This document shows, piece by piece, positions 40,785-53,000 of a DNA stretch of 64,000 nt (position 1 is the stretch's first letter; the number at the start of each line of letters is the position of its first letter). Location: contig NW_027590150.1 of NCBI RefSeq assembly GCF_964213995.1, positions 496,001-560,000 on the forward strand, written 5' to 3'. The notes beneath the pieces were generated by a model. The model worked only from the letters and a program-made list of their open reading frames with translations. It ran no database searches and had not been told where the DNA came from. Made by a program: the position numbers and the translations under genes. Origin of the DNA: Mustelus asterias. Taxonomy: Eukaryota.

Positions 40785-41095
40785 GGGTGCCATGGTGGCA
40801 CAGTGCTTAGCTCTGTTGCCTCACAGTGCTAGGGCCACTTGTTTGGTTCCGGCTTGGGTCAGTGTCTGTGCGGAGTCTGTACTTTCTCCCCGTTTATGCG
40901 TGGATTTCTGCTGGGTGGTCCAGTTTCCTGCACAGTCCGAAAAGGCATGCCGGTAATGTGCACTGGCCAGGCTAAATTCTCCCTCAGTGTCCCCGAACAG
41001 ACGGTATAGTGTGGCGACTCAGGGATTTTACAGTGACTTCATTGCAGTGTTAATGTAAGCCTACTTGTGACATTAATAAATGAACTACAAACCTT
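40785..41095 (+). mobile_element. tRNA-derived SINE, alternative tail (paralogue at 54600-54905)
   Basis: Same insertion site in both duplicated copies. Confidence 0.85.
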
Positions 41096-43974
41096 AAATC
41101 TTCCAGCAAATAAGGAGAATGTCATAAATGTTCAGAAAGATAGTAATTATTTTCACCAATGACCATCCATTCGCAATTTAATAAATGCATTCACCAATTC
41201 TCATTCATTCACAAAGGTTAGTCTATTTAAAATTACTTGATGGAAGGTGGGCGACTGTCTAAGCTATAATTTAATAGAGTCAAAGTTTCGAGTCGGGATG
41301 ACCCTTTTTTTTTATTTGGGGGAAATTGAAGAGGGTGAGGACATTGGGAAATGATGAGCTGGAAAGGGATTAGGATATAGTTAGCGATTGAGATGTTGAT
41401 TAGGTTAGTTAGCATGGAGAAGTTGATGATTTTCGGGATCGGTATGTAAATTGATGCAACTTGTGTGTGGCTCGAAATCGTGCATATAATTAAACAGTAT
41501 CTATTTGAACTATTCCCATTTCACAGGAAAGTTATGCAGCTTCTCTGACACCTTGTTAGAAACAATGATGATCTCTCCAACGCATCAGGAATACTCTGCC
41601 GAAGCGTCATCCAGACTCGAAACGTTGGCTCTATTCTGTCTCCACAGATGCTGTCAGACCTGCTGAGATTTTCCAGCATTTTCTGTTTGTTTCCAGTATT
41701 TCCTTCTATACAACTTTGCTTTGAATAATTTATTGATATTAACATTTATTGACACCTTTTTGTCACCAAGGATAAAATCTGTCCCAGAATTCAATTGGAA
41801 ATTGAATGAATACAGACCGAGGATCATGAGTAGCTACCCAGCAGTCTCTGCGCTTTAAACTCCTGAATCATAACTGGTGTGATGATTTCCAAAGTAATCA
41901 TACAAATTAAACTACCTGCACCAAATATGATTTTACTGAATCTTTAAATCCCGATCCATTATTACACCGTTTTGGGAAATAATGTAACACTTGTAGTTGT
42001 CCAGTGAGTTTCACAATATATCTGTTGCCACATTATTTATTTTACAGCCTGTTACCTTCACTAATTTGGGGGAGGGCATGGTGAGTGATTTGCTGCACAT
42101 GTTTCAAATATTACAATCCTCCCTCCTCAGCCAAATCATGTTCTCTCTTTCGATCTTGGATATGAATATTCAGCATCAGCAGAGAAATGAACCATCCGTG
42201 CGGCAGGAAAATCCCCTCTTCTTTTCGTGAGGATCAGCTTGCTCGCTCCCTAGAAACTAGGGTTGTATTTCTCCCAGAACCTCTGGAAGTATTGACGTTA
42301 TTAGACTGACAGAAATGGGATAAAGGAGCTGTTTCAATTTATGGACCAGTGAAGTACAAATATGGGAATGTAGAACAACATATTTCAGTACCATTTAACA
42401 ATGCATCTATCAATCCATTCACTGATTCCTCAATCAAAATATTCAGGCATCCAACTGTCATTCGTCCAACTATCATTCATTCAACTGTCATTCATTCCTG
42501 CATCAAGACAGTCATTCATTTTTTGTTTGTGCAGATGGTGACGTAATATCAATTTAATTGGCCCAGTGATCCAGAGGCCCAGGACAATGATGTGGGGATA
42601 GGGATTTAAATCGGAGCATTGCAGCTGATGGAATTTGAATTCAATTAATAAATATGGAATACATTCTAATGGCCATGCTAAATTGCCCCTTAGTATCCAA
42701 AGATGTTCAGATTAGGTGGATTGGTCATGGTAAATGTGTGGGGCTATGGGGCATGGGTAGGGGAAAGGGTTTGGCTCAGATACTCTGTCAGAGATTCGGT
42801 GCAGACTCGATGGGCAATTTTTGAGAGGTTGAATCAACGGCAAGTGTTGCCCATGAAGCTATTAGTTGTGGTTGTATATTGTCGTTTTCTGTGTCATGAA
42901 TGAGACCGAGGAATTTTTGTTGGAGAGCCTAGTTCCCCCAAATCTTGTAGTCTCTGCTCTGATGCTAGTGTCGAATGTCTTATTTAGATTCAGGAAGGTA
43001 TGGTTATGATACGTATATCTTCCAACACCAACACAACACTGTGCTTCAGGTTAATCCCGGTCTTCAAGCAGATGAGTAACCAAATTGTCATCCTATCAAA
43101 GGCCTTTCCCATGATGCTATGATTGAGATACAGCTGCAGATGTTGCCGCCTCTTCTGTCGACCTTGTCTTCGGATAGTGTGATGCTTTTGAATTATGAGT
43201 CTCCTGTGGAACGGAACCTATCTTCTGGCAGAGAAAGAGAAGGTCATAAATGTTCAGAAAGTTGGTATTTATTTTCACCAATTGCCATCCATTCACAAAG
43301 TTACACAATTTTGTTCATAAGTTATCATCCATTCATAAACATTAATCGTTTAAGTTTTAATTTAATGGATACGTGCGTTGCTGGCTCAGTCAGCATTTGT
43401 TGCCCATACCTAATTGCCCTTAGTGAGCTGGTGGTGAGCTACCTTCTTGAATTGCTGCAGAACCGGTGGTGCTGGTACCCACACTGTGCTGTTGCAGAGG
43501 GACTTCTAGGATTTCGATCCAGCGATAGTGAAGGAAGGACGATATATTTCCAAGTCAGGTATATGACTGACTTGGAGGGGAATTTATAGATGATATTCCC
43601 TGGTAATTGTTACCCCTGTCCTTCCAGATGGTAGGTGTCGTGTGGTTGGAAGGTGTTGCGTAAGGAGTTTCGGTGAGTTTCGGAAGTGAAACTTGTAGAT
43701 GGTACATAATGCTGCTCTCTGTGGTGGAGGGACTGAGCATTTGCAAATGCTGTGCCAGTCCAGCCGGCGGCTTTGTCCTGAATGGTATGAAGATTCTTGA
43801 ATTTTGTTTGAGCTGCACTTACTCAAGCAAGTGGAGAGAACCCTTTTACTCTCCTGACTTGTGTCGTGTAGGTGGTGCACAGGTTTGGGGAGTCAGGAGG
43901 TGGGTTACTCAAAGCAGGCTGACCTGATATTCTAGCCGGAGCATTTATATACCTAGTTAATGCAGCGATTATAA

Positions 43975-44817
43975 TGCAGCAGATGGAGTATAACGTTGAC
44001 AAGTGTGAGGTTATCCGCTTTGGAAGGAATAATAGTAAAATGGACTATTATTTATATGGTGAAAAATTACAACATGCTCCTGTACAGAGGGACCTGGGGG
44101 TCCTTGTGCATGAATCGCAAAAACTCAGTTTGCAGGTGCAGCAGGTGATCAAGAAGGCAAATGGAATGTTGGCCTTTATTGCGAAGGGGATGGAGTATAA
44201 AAGCAGGGAGGTCTTGCTGAAGTTGTACAAGGTACTGGTGAGGCCGCAACTAGAGTACTGTGTGCAATTTTATTCCCCTTATTTGCGGAAGGATATATTG
44301 GCTTTGGAGGGAGTACAGAGAAGGTTCACCAGGTTGATACCAGAGATGAGGGGGTTAGCTTATGAGGAGAGATTGTGTAGATTGGGCCTGTACTCGTTGG
44401 AGTTTAGAAGGCTGAGGGGAGATCTTATAGAGACATATAAGATAATGAAGTGGCTAGACAGGGTAGAGGCAGAGAGATTCTTTCCACTTAGAAAGGAAAC
44501 AAGAACTAGAGGACACAGTCTCAAAATAAGGGGGAGTCAGTTTAGAACAGAGTTGAGGGGCAACTTCTTCTCTCAGAGGGTAGTGAATCTCTGGAATTCT
44601 CTGCCCATTGAAGCAGTGGAGGCTACCTCGTTAAATATGCTGAAGTCACAGGTAGATAGATCTCTGATCAATAAGGGAATTAAGGGTTATGGGGAGCGGG
44701 CAGGTAAGTGGAACTAAACCACTATCAGATCAGCCATGGTCTTATTGAATGGCGGGGCAGGCTCGAGGGGCTTGATGGCCTACTCCTGCTCCTATTTCTT
44801 ATGTTCTTATGTTCTTA
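43975..44817 (+). mobile_element. CR1 3' fragment with a 247-aa open C-terminal ORF2 piece
   Basis: ORF 43974..44717 and (TTCTTATG)n tail. Empty paralogous site at about 22897 (AGCGATTAGCCAATGG). Confidence 0.92.
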
Positions 44818-47800
44818 TTAGCCAATGGTAACCCCGCCGATGTTTATAGTGGGTGATTCAGTACCATAATATCATTGAGTGACAAGGGGCAATGGGTCGG
44901 TTCTCCCTTTTTGGAGATGATCATTGCCTGGCGTCAATATTACCAACAACCTTCAATTCACAAAAATATATTAATATTTCACCAATTATTGTCAGTATTT
45001 TATTTGATGCAAATATAATTGCAGTTTATGAAACTGCAGATTCAAATGTATTGAGATAACATTGGCCTTTCTGTCACGAAAGAAACAAATCTGCCCCAGA
45101 ATTCAGCGGGAAATTGAATTAAATCAGCCAAATAGTAGCAGCTACCCAGCAGCCTCTGCGCTTTATTAACAAGTAATGACCTCATCATCACACAGAAACT
45201 CCTGATATATAACTGGAGTGTGTGATCATTTTAAAAATGACTGTACAACTGAAAGTATCTGTATCTAATGTGAATTTATAGACGCTTAAAATCCCGATTC
45301 ATTTTTACAAAGTTCTGGCAAGTAATTTAAAACTTCAAGCTGTCCAGTGAGTTTCACAATATTGTAGTTGCCACATCGTTTATTTTTTAGCGTATTATCT
45401 TCACTAATTTGGGTGATGATCTGTTGAGTGATTTTGTTGCACTAGGAAGGCCACATGTTTCAAATATTACAATCTTCCCTCATCAACCTAATCATGTTCC
45501 CTCTTTCCATCTTGCATTTGGAGATTCACCATCAGCAGGGGGGGGGGGGGGGGGGGGGGGAATCAGACTACTCTTAGTGACGTTCAATTCATTTGTTCCG
45601 CATGTCCCTGGGATGGAATTCACCCAGAAAATCTGGAAGGATTAAAGGTTGTGGACTGACACAATTGTAATAAAGGACCAGCCTCGATTTTTGAAGTAGT
45701 AAAACACAAGTGTGCGAATGTGGAACAACAAATGTCAGGACCAGCTATCATCACATCCATCAGTCCATTCACTGATTCCTCGATGAAAACATTCAGGCAG
45801 CCAACTATCGTTCATCCCTGCATCAACACAGGCATTTATTTATTTCTTGTGTCGATGGTGGCGTAATATTAATGCCAGTGGAGCAGTAATCCAGAGGCCC
45901 AGGCCAGTGATGTGTGAACACGAGATTAAATCCGACCATGGCAGCTGGTGGAATTTGATTTCAATCAATAAATCTGGATTCATATTTGCAGCGACCAGAT
46001 GAACCACTCTGATTCCCCAATCAAGGAAATCTGCCATCCCTACTTAGTCTCACCAGGGTGTGACTCCAGACGGACAGCAGTATGCGTAACTGGGCAATGC
46101 CTTCTGAAATGTCCTAACACACCACTCAGTTCAAAATAAATTAAGCACAGGAAACAAATGTTGGTCTTTCCAGAGACTCCCACGTCCCATGGAAGAAAAA
46201 AGTGAAATAAAACACAAGCATACATGTTTATGTATTATAAAATGTATCACCTCTCTGAATCAACTCTCACAATCTGCCTGTGTTTATTTTTATCCATCGT
46301 TCACAGTATTTTGTTGTGTTGGAGAGATCATCATTGTTGCGAACAAGGTGCCAGAGAAGCTGGAAACTTTCTTTTCCAAAGAAATGGGAAGCATTTATAT
46401 AGGTTTACAACTTAAACAATAATTAACTTGCCTCCAGTACTGTTGCTGGGCAGATTTGTTTATAAATAGGCCCTATTAACAAAGTTAAGAGTTTGAAGTT
46501 GGCTTGCAGCCAAGCGCTCAGTGCTGAGGAAACAGATCTTTGAGTTTCTGAACAAACACCCTCAGATGCTTCCTGTAAATATCTTCGGGTATTTGGCAGC
46601 AGGTTGGACTGCTGCCAAATACTGCGTGGGACAGATTAACGTGAATCTGTAAGAATAAAATGGGACTTAGCCAGTTCTATAATAAATGTTTGATTCCCAC
46701 AAGAAAGACACGTTTTAAATGGTATTCTCAGCAAATATTTGAAATGAATGCACTGTTCATTATGTGATTAAACAGTATCGGAAACTAGTAAATTGGCTCG
46801 GTGCTATTTCATTTGTATAACTTCCAAATAAATGTCGTTCCAACAATTAAATCCACGTTGTGAGCAACTTCATGAAGTGCACGAAAGAGATTTTGATGTC
46901 CCCAATCCCTCAGTCCAATGAGATCAGTGTAATGGCCCAAAATTAAAATAATTAAAAGTAAAAGAAAGTCATATAACTGCCTTGAACAGCGCGGATTCCT
47001 GGAATATTCTCAGTGTTCTACACCTCTTTAAAAAGACAACGTCAATTATACGTGATTGGCACCATGTTCTGTTGTGCAGCATAACCTGATTTCGATTATT
47101 TAACAGTCCCTCTCATAGCTGCCAATGAGTGAAGAAATGACCAGTTCATAACCTGGTTCAGTGGAAGATAAAACATTTACTCTTGTGATATTGTGCAAAA
47201 TGCCGCAAAGTCCTGATATCCTGTGTTCCCACGACGAATGAATGTTAGACAGCGGTGGCCAATAAAATGAGCTGTAATGATTGGGATGCTGAAGGAGAAC
47301 TTTCCTGATCGCCGTGTTGGTTCTGATTCATTAATTTCTCTGTCCAAATCGATTTCAATTTTATGTATCTCTGTCAACTCAATTAATTATAAGTCAACCA
47401 TGTTTCTTTCACTGTTAATTTTCACAGGGTGAAGGAGCTGTTGGGGAAATATGAGGTGTAACATTGTATCATATGAGGAGTTTCTTTTTTCAATTCATTC
47501 ATGGACGCCACGGTGGCATAGTTGTTAGCACTGCTGCCGCACAACGCAAGGGACCCGGATTCAATTCCCGGTTTGGATCTGCGTGGAGTCTCTGTCTGTG
47601 TGGAGTCTGCACGTCCTCCAATTGTCTGCCTATTTACTCACACGGTCCGAAGATGCGCCGCTTAGGTTGATTGGCGATGATAAATTCTTCCATGATGCCA
47701 AGGGAATTAGCAGCGAATATACGTGGGGTGATGGGGATAGGGCCTCAGTGGGAATGTTGTCGGTGCAGGCCGAATGGGCCAAATGGCCTCCTTCTGCTCT

Positions 47801-48545
47801 GTAGGGATTCTATGGACATGGATGCCACTGGATGGTCAGCATTTATTGGCCACTCCTTGTCCGAGGGCAGTTGAGAGCCAACCACATTGCTGTGGCTCTG
47901 GAATCACATGTAGGCCAGCCAGGTAAGGACAGCAGATTTCCTTCTCTAAAGGACATTACTGAAGACAATCGACAATGATATCATGATCATAAGTAGATTC
48001 CTAAGTCCAGACGTTTTTACTGAATTTAAATTCCACCATCTGCCGTGGCGGGATTCGAAGCCAGATCCTGAGAACATTAGTTGAGTTTGTGGATTAATTG
48101 TATAGCGATAATAACACGAAGCCATTGCTTCCCTTTTTGCTTATATCCAGTCCCAAATTACACGGATAGCTATCCACACCTGAAATACAATCATCCCAGC
48201 ATGTAGTTACATAAATCGATAATAATTCCTCTCATGAATTATTATTTTGCTGCAATGTGTTAGAGACACAGAATTATTGCAAATCTGACTGACGTCTTTA
48301 CCCTGATAAGATAATGTCACCTTATTTATGTCTATTCCCTTGTGAAGGGGTGCAGAAATGAAGGTATTTAATTTACAATGAAATTGTTTCTTTTATATAA
48401 CAGATAATCAAATGCAATTTCACCCCTTGGACTTACAGAGACATTACAATGGATCTCAATCTTACTGCCTCAGTATTAGTCTGTTTCTGGAATGTTCCAG
48501 TGTCAGCAATCAATTCACCGGGAGTAATCCTCGGTATTTTTGATA

Positions 48546-48853
48546 AATTTTATTTGATTTTATTTGATTTATTATTATCACACATATTACTACACAGTGA
48601 AAGTTATTGTTTCGTGTTCACTATATAGACAGAGCATACTGTACATAGGGAAGAAAGGGAGAGAGTATAGAATGTAATGTTACAGTCATAGCTAGGGTGT
48701 AGAAAAAGATCAACTTCATGCGAGGTAGGTCCATTCAAAAGTCTGAATGCAGCAGGAAAGAAACTGTTTTTGACTCGGTTTATAAATGTCCTCAAGCTTT
48801 TGCATCATCGCGATGGAAAAAGGCGAGAGAGTATGTCCGGGGTGCGTGGCGTT
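48546..48853 (-). mobile_element. Rex1/Babar-like LINE 3' fragment in the psiV2 leader intron
   Basis: Minus-strand HPGHTL...NRVKNSFFPAAFRLLN, typical of a Rex1/Babar ORF C-terminus, with an (AATAAAATCA)-type tail. Confidence 0.7.
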
Positions 48854-48886
48854 GTTTTTACATGTTTTTCTTTCATATTTGTAAAA

Positions 48887-49044
48887 GTGTCTAATCAGAT
48901 ATTGTGTTGGCTCAGCCAGAGGCAGAAACCGGGCGTCCCTGAGGCTCCCTGAGACTGACCTGGAAAGCCATCGCGTGGCTTTACCCATGGCAGCAACTGG
49001 GTGTCTGGGTCAGACAGGTCCCTGGACAGTGTTTGTAGTATCTT
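48887..49044 (+). pseudogene. VH pseudogene 2 (psiV2), FR1-FR2 only
   Basis: DIVLAQPEAETGRP*GSLRLTWK... then, after an indel, WVRQVPGQ. TGA at 48940 and Cys>Trp. Ends at a CR1 insertion. A remnant of the leader intron lies at about 48455-48545. Confidence 0.9.
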
Positions 49045-50070
49045 AGGAATGTAAGAACTAGGAGCTGAAGTAGGCCAACTGGCGCCTCGATCCTGCTCCG
49101 CCATTGAATAAGATCATGGCCTATCTTTTTGTGGACTCGGCTCCACTTATCAGTCTGCACACCATAACCCTTAATTACTTTACTGTTCAGAAATGTATTT
49201 TTCCTTGCCTTAAAAACATTCAATGAGGTAGCCTCCACTGCTTCACTGGGCAGGGAATTCCACAGATTCACAATCCTTTGTGTGAAGAATTTCCTCCTCA
49301 ACTGAGTGCTAACTCTGCTCCTCCTTATTTTGAGGCTATGCCCCCTAGTTCTGGTTTCACCTGCCAGTGGAAACTAGGGCGGCACGGTAGCACAGTGGTT
49401 AGCACTGCTGCTTCACAGCTCCAGGGTCCCGGGTTCGATTCCCGGCTCGGGTCACTGTCTGTGTGGAGTTTGCACATTCTCCTCGTGTCTGCGTGGGTTT
49501 CCTCCGGGTGCTCTGGTTTCCTCCCACAGTCCAAAGATGTGCGGGTTATGTTGATTGGCCAGGTTAAAAAAATTGCCCCTTAGAGTCCTGTGATGTGTAG
49601 GTTAGTGGGATTAGCGGGTAAAATATGTGGGGGTAGGGCCTGGGTGGGATTGTGGTCGGTGCAGACTCGATGGGCCGAATGGCCTCCTTCTGCACTGTAG
49701 GGTTTCTATGATTCTATGAACTTCCCGCTTCTATCTTATTAATTCCCTTCCTAATCTTATATGCTTCTATAAGATTCTCCCGGCACTCTTCTGAATTCCA
49801 ATGACTATATGTTCAAAATCTCTGAATTTCTTCATTTCCAGTTATTACATCCCCCTTGTCATCATCTAAAGGACCAATGTTTACTTTAGCCACTCTTTCT
49901 TTTTGCTTTATATATTTGTAGAAACATTTGATATCTGTTTTTATATTCTAAGCTAGTTTACTTTCATCATCCATCTTACTTTTCCTTATAGCTTTCTTCG
50001 TGGCTTTCTGTTGACCTTTAAAGATTTCCAAATGCTCTATTTTCCCACTAATCTTTGCTACTTTGTATCT
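49045..50070 (-). mobile_element. CR1 fragments truncating psiV2, with a nested SINE
   Basis: ORF 48981..49301 (FFTQRIVNLWNSLP). GTATCTT occurs at both ends (49038 and 50065). Confidence 0.8.
49377..49718 (+). mobile_element. Full-length tRNA-derived SINE (HE1/V-SINE-like) with CR1-type tail
   Basis: A box (GGTAGCACAGTGG), B box (GGTTCGATTCCC), central GGGTTTCCTCCGGGTGCTC...CCCACAGTCCAAAGATGTG, and tail GATGGGCCGAATGGCCTCCTTCTGCACTGT...(TTCTATGA)n. Confidence 0.9.
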
Positions 50071-53000
50071 TGTGTAATGAATGTTCAAAAAGTTTCTATT
50101 AATTTTGAATCAACTGTTAATATTCTTAAAATAAACGCTATTTTGATTTGAAACAGATCAATAAGTGACGGTTTATGGTTTTGCTGCCATGAACATTTCA
50201 TTGTAAACAGTGAGGTGTTTATGTAAATAAATACAGAAATAGAAATCCCAGATTAGATTGTTGACTGACAAAAACACAACAAATATTTCCCCACCAACAC
50301 AGCACAGAAATAGAGACAAACATGCAAATCAATCAACGGATTCCAGTAACGATTGTTTTTCAATATTATTGAAAGCTATGATTTTAAATTACATGAGGAA
50401 AAACGTCATGATGATATCTATGTCCAGAATTAGGAAAACATCCCTCTGATCCCGAAATATAATGACACGGCAAATGTATTCATTGAAATTTCCTGTTTCA
50501 TCTCTCTGTCTTTCTCCTGTCTGTTTCAGTGTCTGATCTCCCCACAATGGTTCGTCACCTTCACTCCACAACATGAAGTCAATGTCTACCCAATGTGTTC
50601 TCTCAGCCGGAGTTATAGACTTCTAAAAGAATTTAACTCAATGAATTGGAATCTGTGAAAGAGCTTGACTCTAAAAGATCTCTTGAGCATTCTTTGATCT
50701 TGGTATATTTGATACATTTTCCTCTGTATCTAACCTGGTGATAAGGATTCAATGTGGCAGTACCAAAGGATCTGTCCCCATATTTAGCCGCTGCTGTCCC
50801 TGTCTTTGGAATATTTACTCTGCATCTAAACTCACTGTACCTTCCTTTTGAATGTTTGATATGACTTTGTCAAGGAAGATTTAATCCGTATCTCATCTCT
50901 GATGTACCTGACCTGGGTGTGTTTTATGGCACTATGTAGACAGCTCTTTTCCCTGTACCTAACACTAATTTAAATCTGCCTCCCGAATCTCTGAAGGAAG
51001 AGTGCAGAAGAGGTTATACGTAGAAGAGAGTTACTGCTCTTTCTGCCTTCATTTTGTTTGAGCAGACTTTGTAGAGGGAGTTTCACTCTCTTTCTAGACA
51101 GTATACTGTTCTGGGAATGTTTGATTTGGATAGTATAGAGCGAGATTCACTTTGTATGTAACTCATGCTATTCCTGCCTTGGGAGGGTTTAATTTGGCAA
51201 TGCAGAGGGAACTTTGCATTCTTCAGCTAACACCACGTTACTCCTGTCCTGTAAGCTTTTGATGGGATAGTCGCCGTCTCTACAAATTTCATGGGGTTGA
51301 ACCAGTCTCTTTATATTACAGTAAATTTACCCTCTGTCAGCTTATATTATGAGGCCATGCCTTTGTTGATTTTTCACTGGACCCTAACTATTTTTATATT
51401 GCACGTACAATATTATATTACCTGTCTCTATTCATATGAAACTGGATGTTGTATCTGTTTATACTAAATTAGACGCTGTTATACGTTATATTATACGTTA
51501 CCATGTTTCTGTTCATATTAAGCGAGACGTTGTCTCTGTTTATATTAATATAGACCGATCTCTATTTGCATTAAACTAGATGCAGTCTTATTTCTGCAAT
51601 TGACCCTGTCCACGTTTATATTGTATTGGACATGGTCTCAGTTTTTAACTGCACTGGACAATGCCAGTAATGAGGGAAGTGGTTGGGGGAATACAATTCT
51701 CTGCAAACTTTATGAGGTTTTGGGCACGGGAAAAGAAGAAGCGATATCTGAAATGTACTTCTGCTGACTGCATTGAAAATGGATACCAAGCCCTGTGTAG
51801 CATGCGTTGTCAATAAAGAACAAAAAAACAAAGAAAATCACCGCACAGGGAAAGGCCTATCGGCCCTCCAAGACTGCACCAACCAAATACTGTCGATCCA
51901 ATACTGCCCGTTTCTGGATCCTGCCTGATAACAATGTTTTTATCCCAACATATTATCTCTTCTTCTCACAGAACCGTGTAGTAATACAGACATAATTCAA
52001 ACAGCGATAGTTAAGTGCAGGAATAACACTGACACAGTCTAGTGAAATATACACAGGGTCGGTATCAAATATTATGTATCCAGAGAGAATGTCTCGTGCA
52101 ATATAAACTGAATTTCGATCGAGCAGAGTATTAACAGAACCAGACTGTATTTTAATATAAACAGGGGCCAGATCCAACAAAATAGAAATGAGTTAGTGCC
52201 GAGTGCCATGTGGGGATGGTCAAATGCCAAATTCCAATGACAGCCACATCCCATGAAAGAAACATTTTTAAAAATGACATTGCCAAGGAAAAGAAAACTG
52301 AGACAGTGTCTAGCGCAGTTTTACTGATATAGGAGCTTATGCGACATGAACTGAGACAGCGCCGAGTAATTAATGATACTGGACCGAGATTTATATGAAC
52401 TGCGATGGAGCCAAGTGCATTAGTAATAATTACTGATACAGGATTGAGACAGGTTTAAACTGAAACAAAGTCCAGTGTGTTAGTGATAATTACTGATATA
52501 GTACCTTGACTGATATAAACTGAGACAGAGCCCACTATATTCGTAGTAGTTGTTGATAAAGGAACTAGACTGATGCACACTGAGATTCGGACAATGCAGC
52601 AATTAGGAGGTATTGCAAAGTACAATAAAACTGAGACATGACATAGTCTTAAATAACCAAATACATGGACTGGTGCAGCATTAACTTAAAAAGGACTTGG
52701 ATTATTAAAATCTAATGAACGACTCGCAAAATAACTGTGACAGAACCATGTGTAATGCATGAAGACAGAATTTCCAGTTTAGTACACAGAGATAAATGTT
52801 CTGAGGCAGTAAGAATTAAGACACGGTCTCTTGTCAGATTAGCAGAGACATGGCTATGTGCAACCATAACTTAGAAATTATAATATTAACAGGGCCTGTA
52901 CATGAACAGCTGATATTGAGCCGAGTGCAGCAAAAAAACGTAGATAGGAACTCCTGGAATGTGATCCAGGCAGAACCTAGTGTAACACGGACAGAGTCAG

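Noticed and set aside
45538-45560. Long poly-G run (also poly-C at 2713-2743)
   Set aside because: Simple homopolymer expansion; the paralogue at about 24555 lacks it and its length may be a sequencing artefact.
49377-49450. tRNA gene
   Set aside because: The A/B boxes belong to a SINE head that continues into SINE body and tail.
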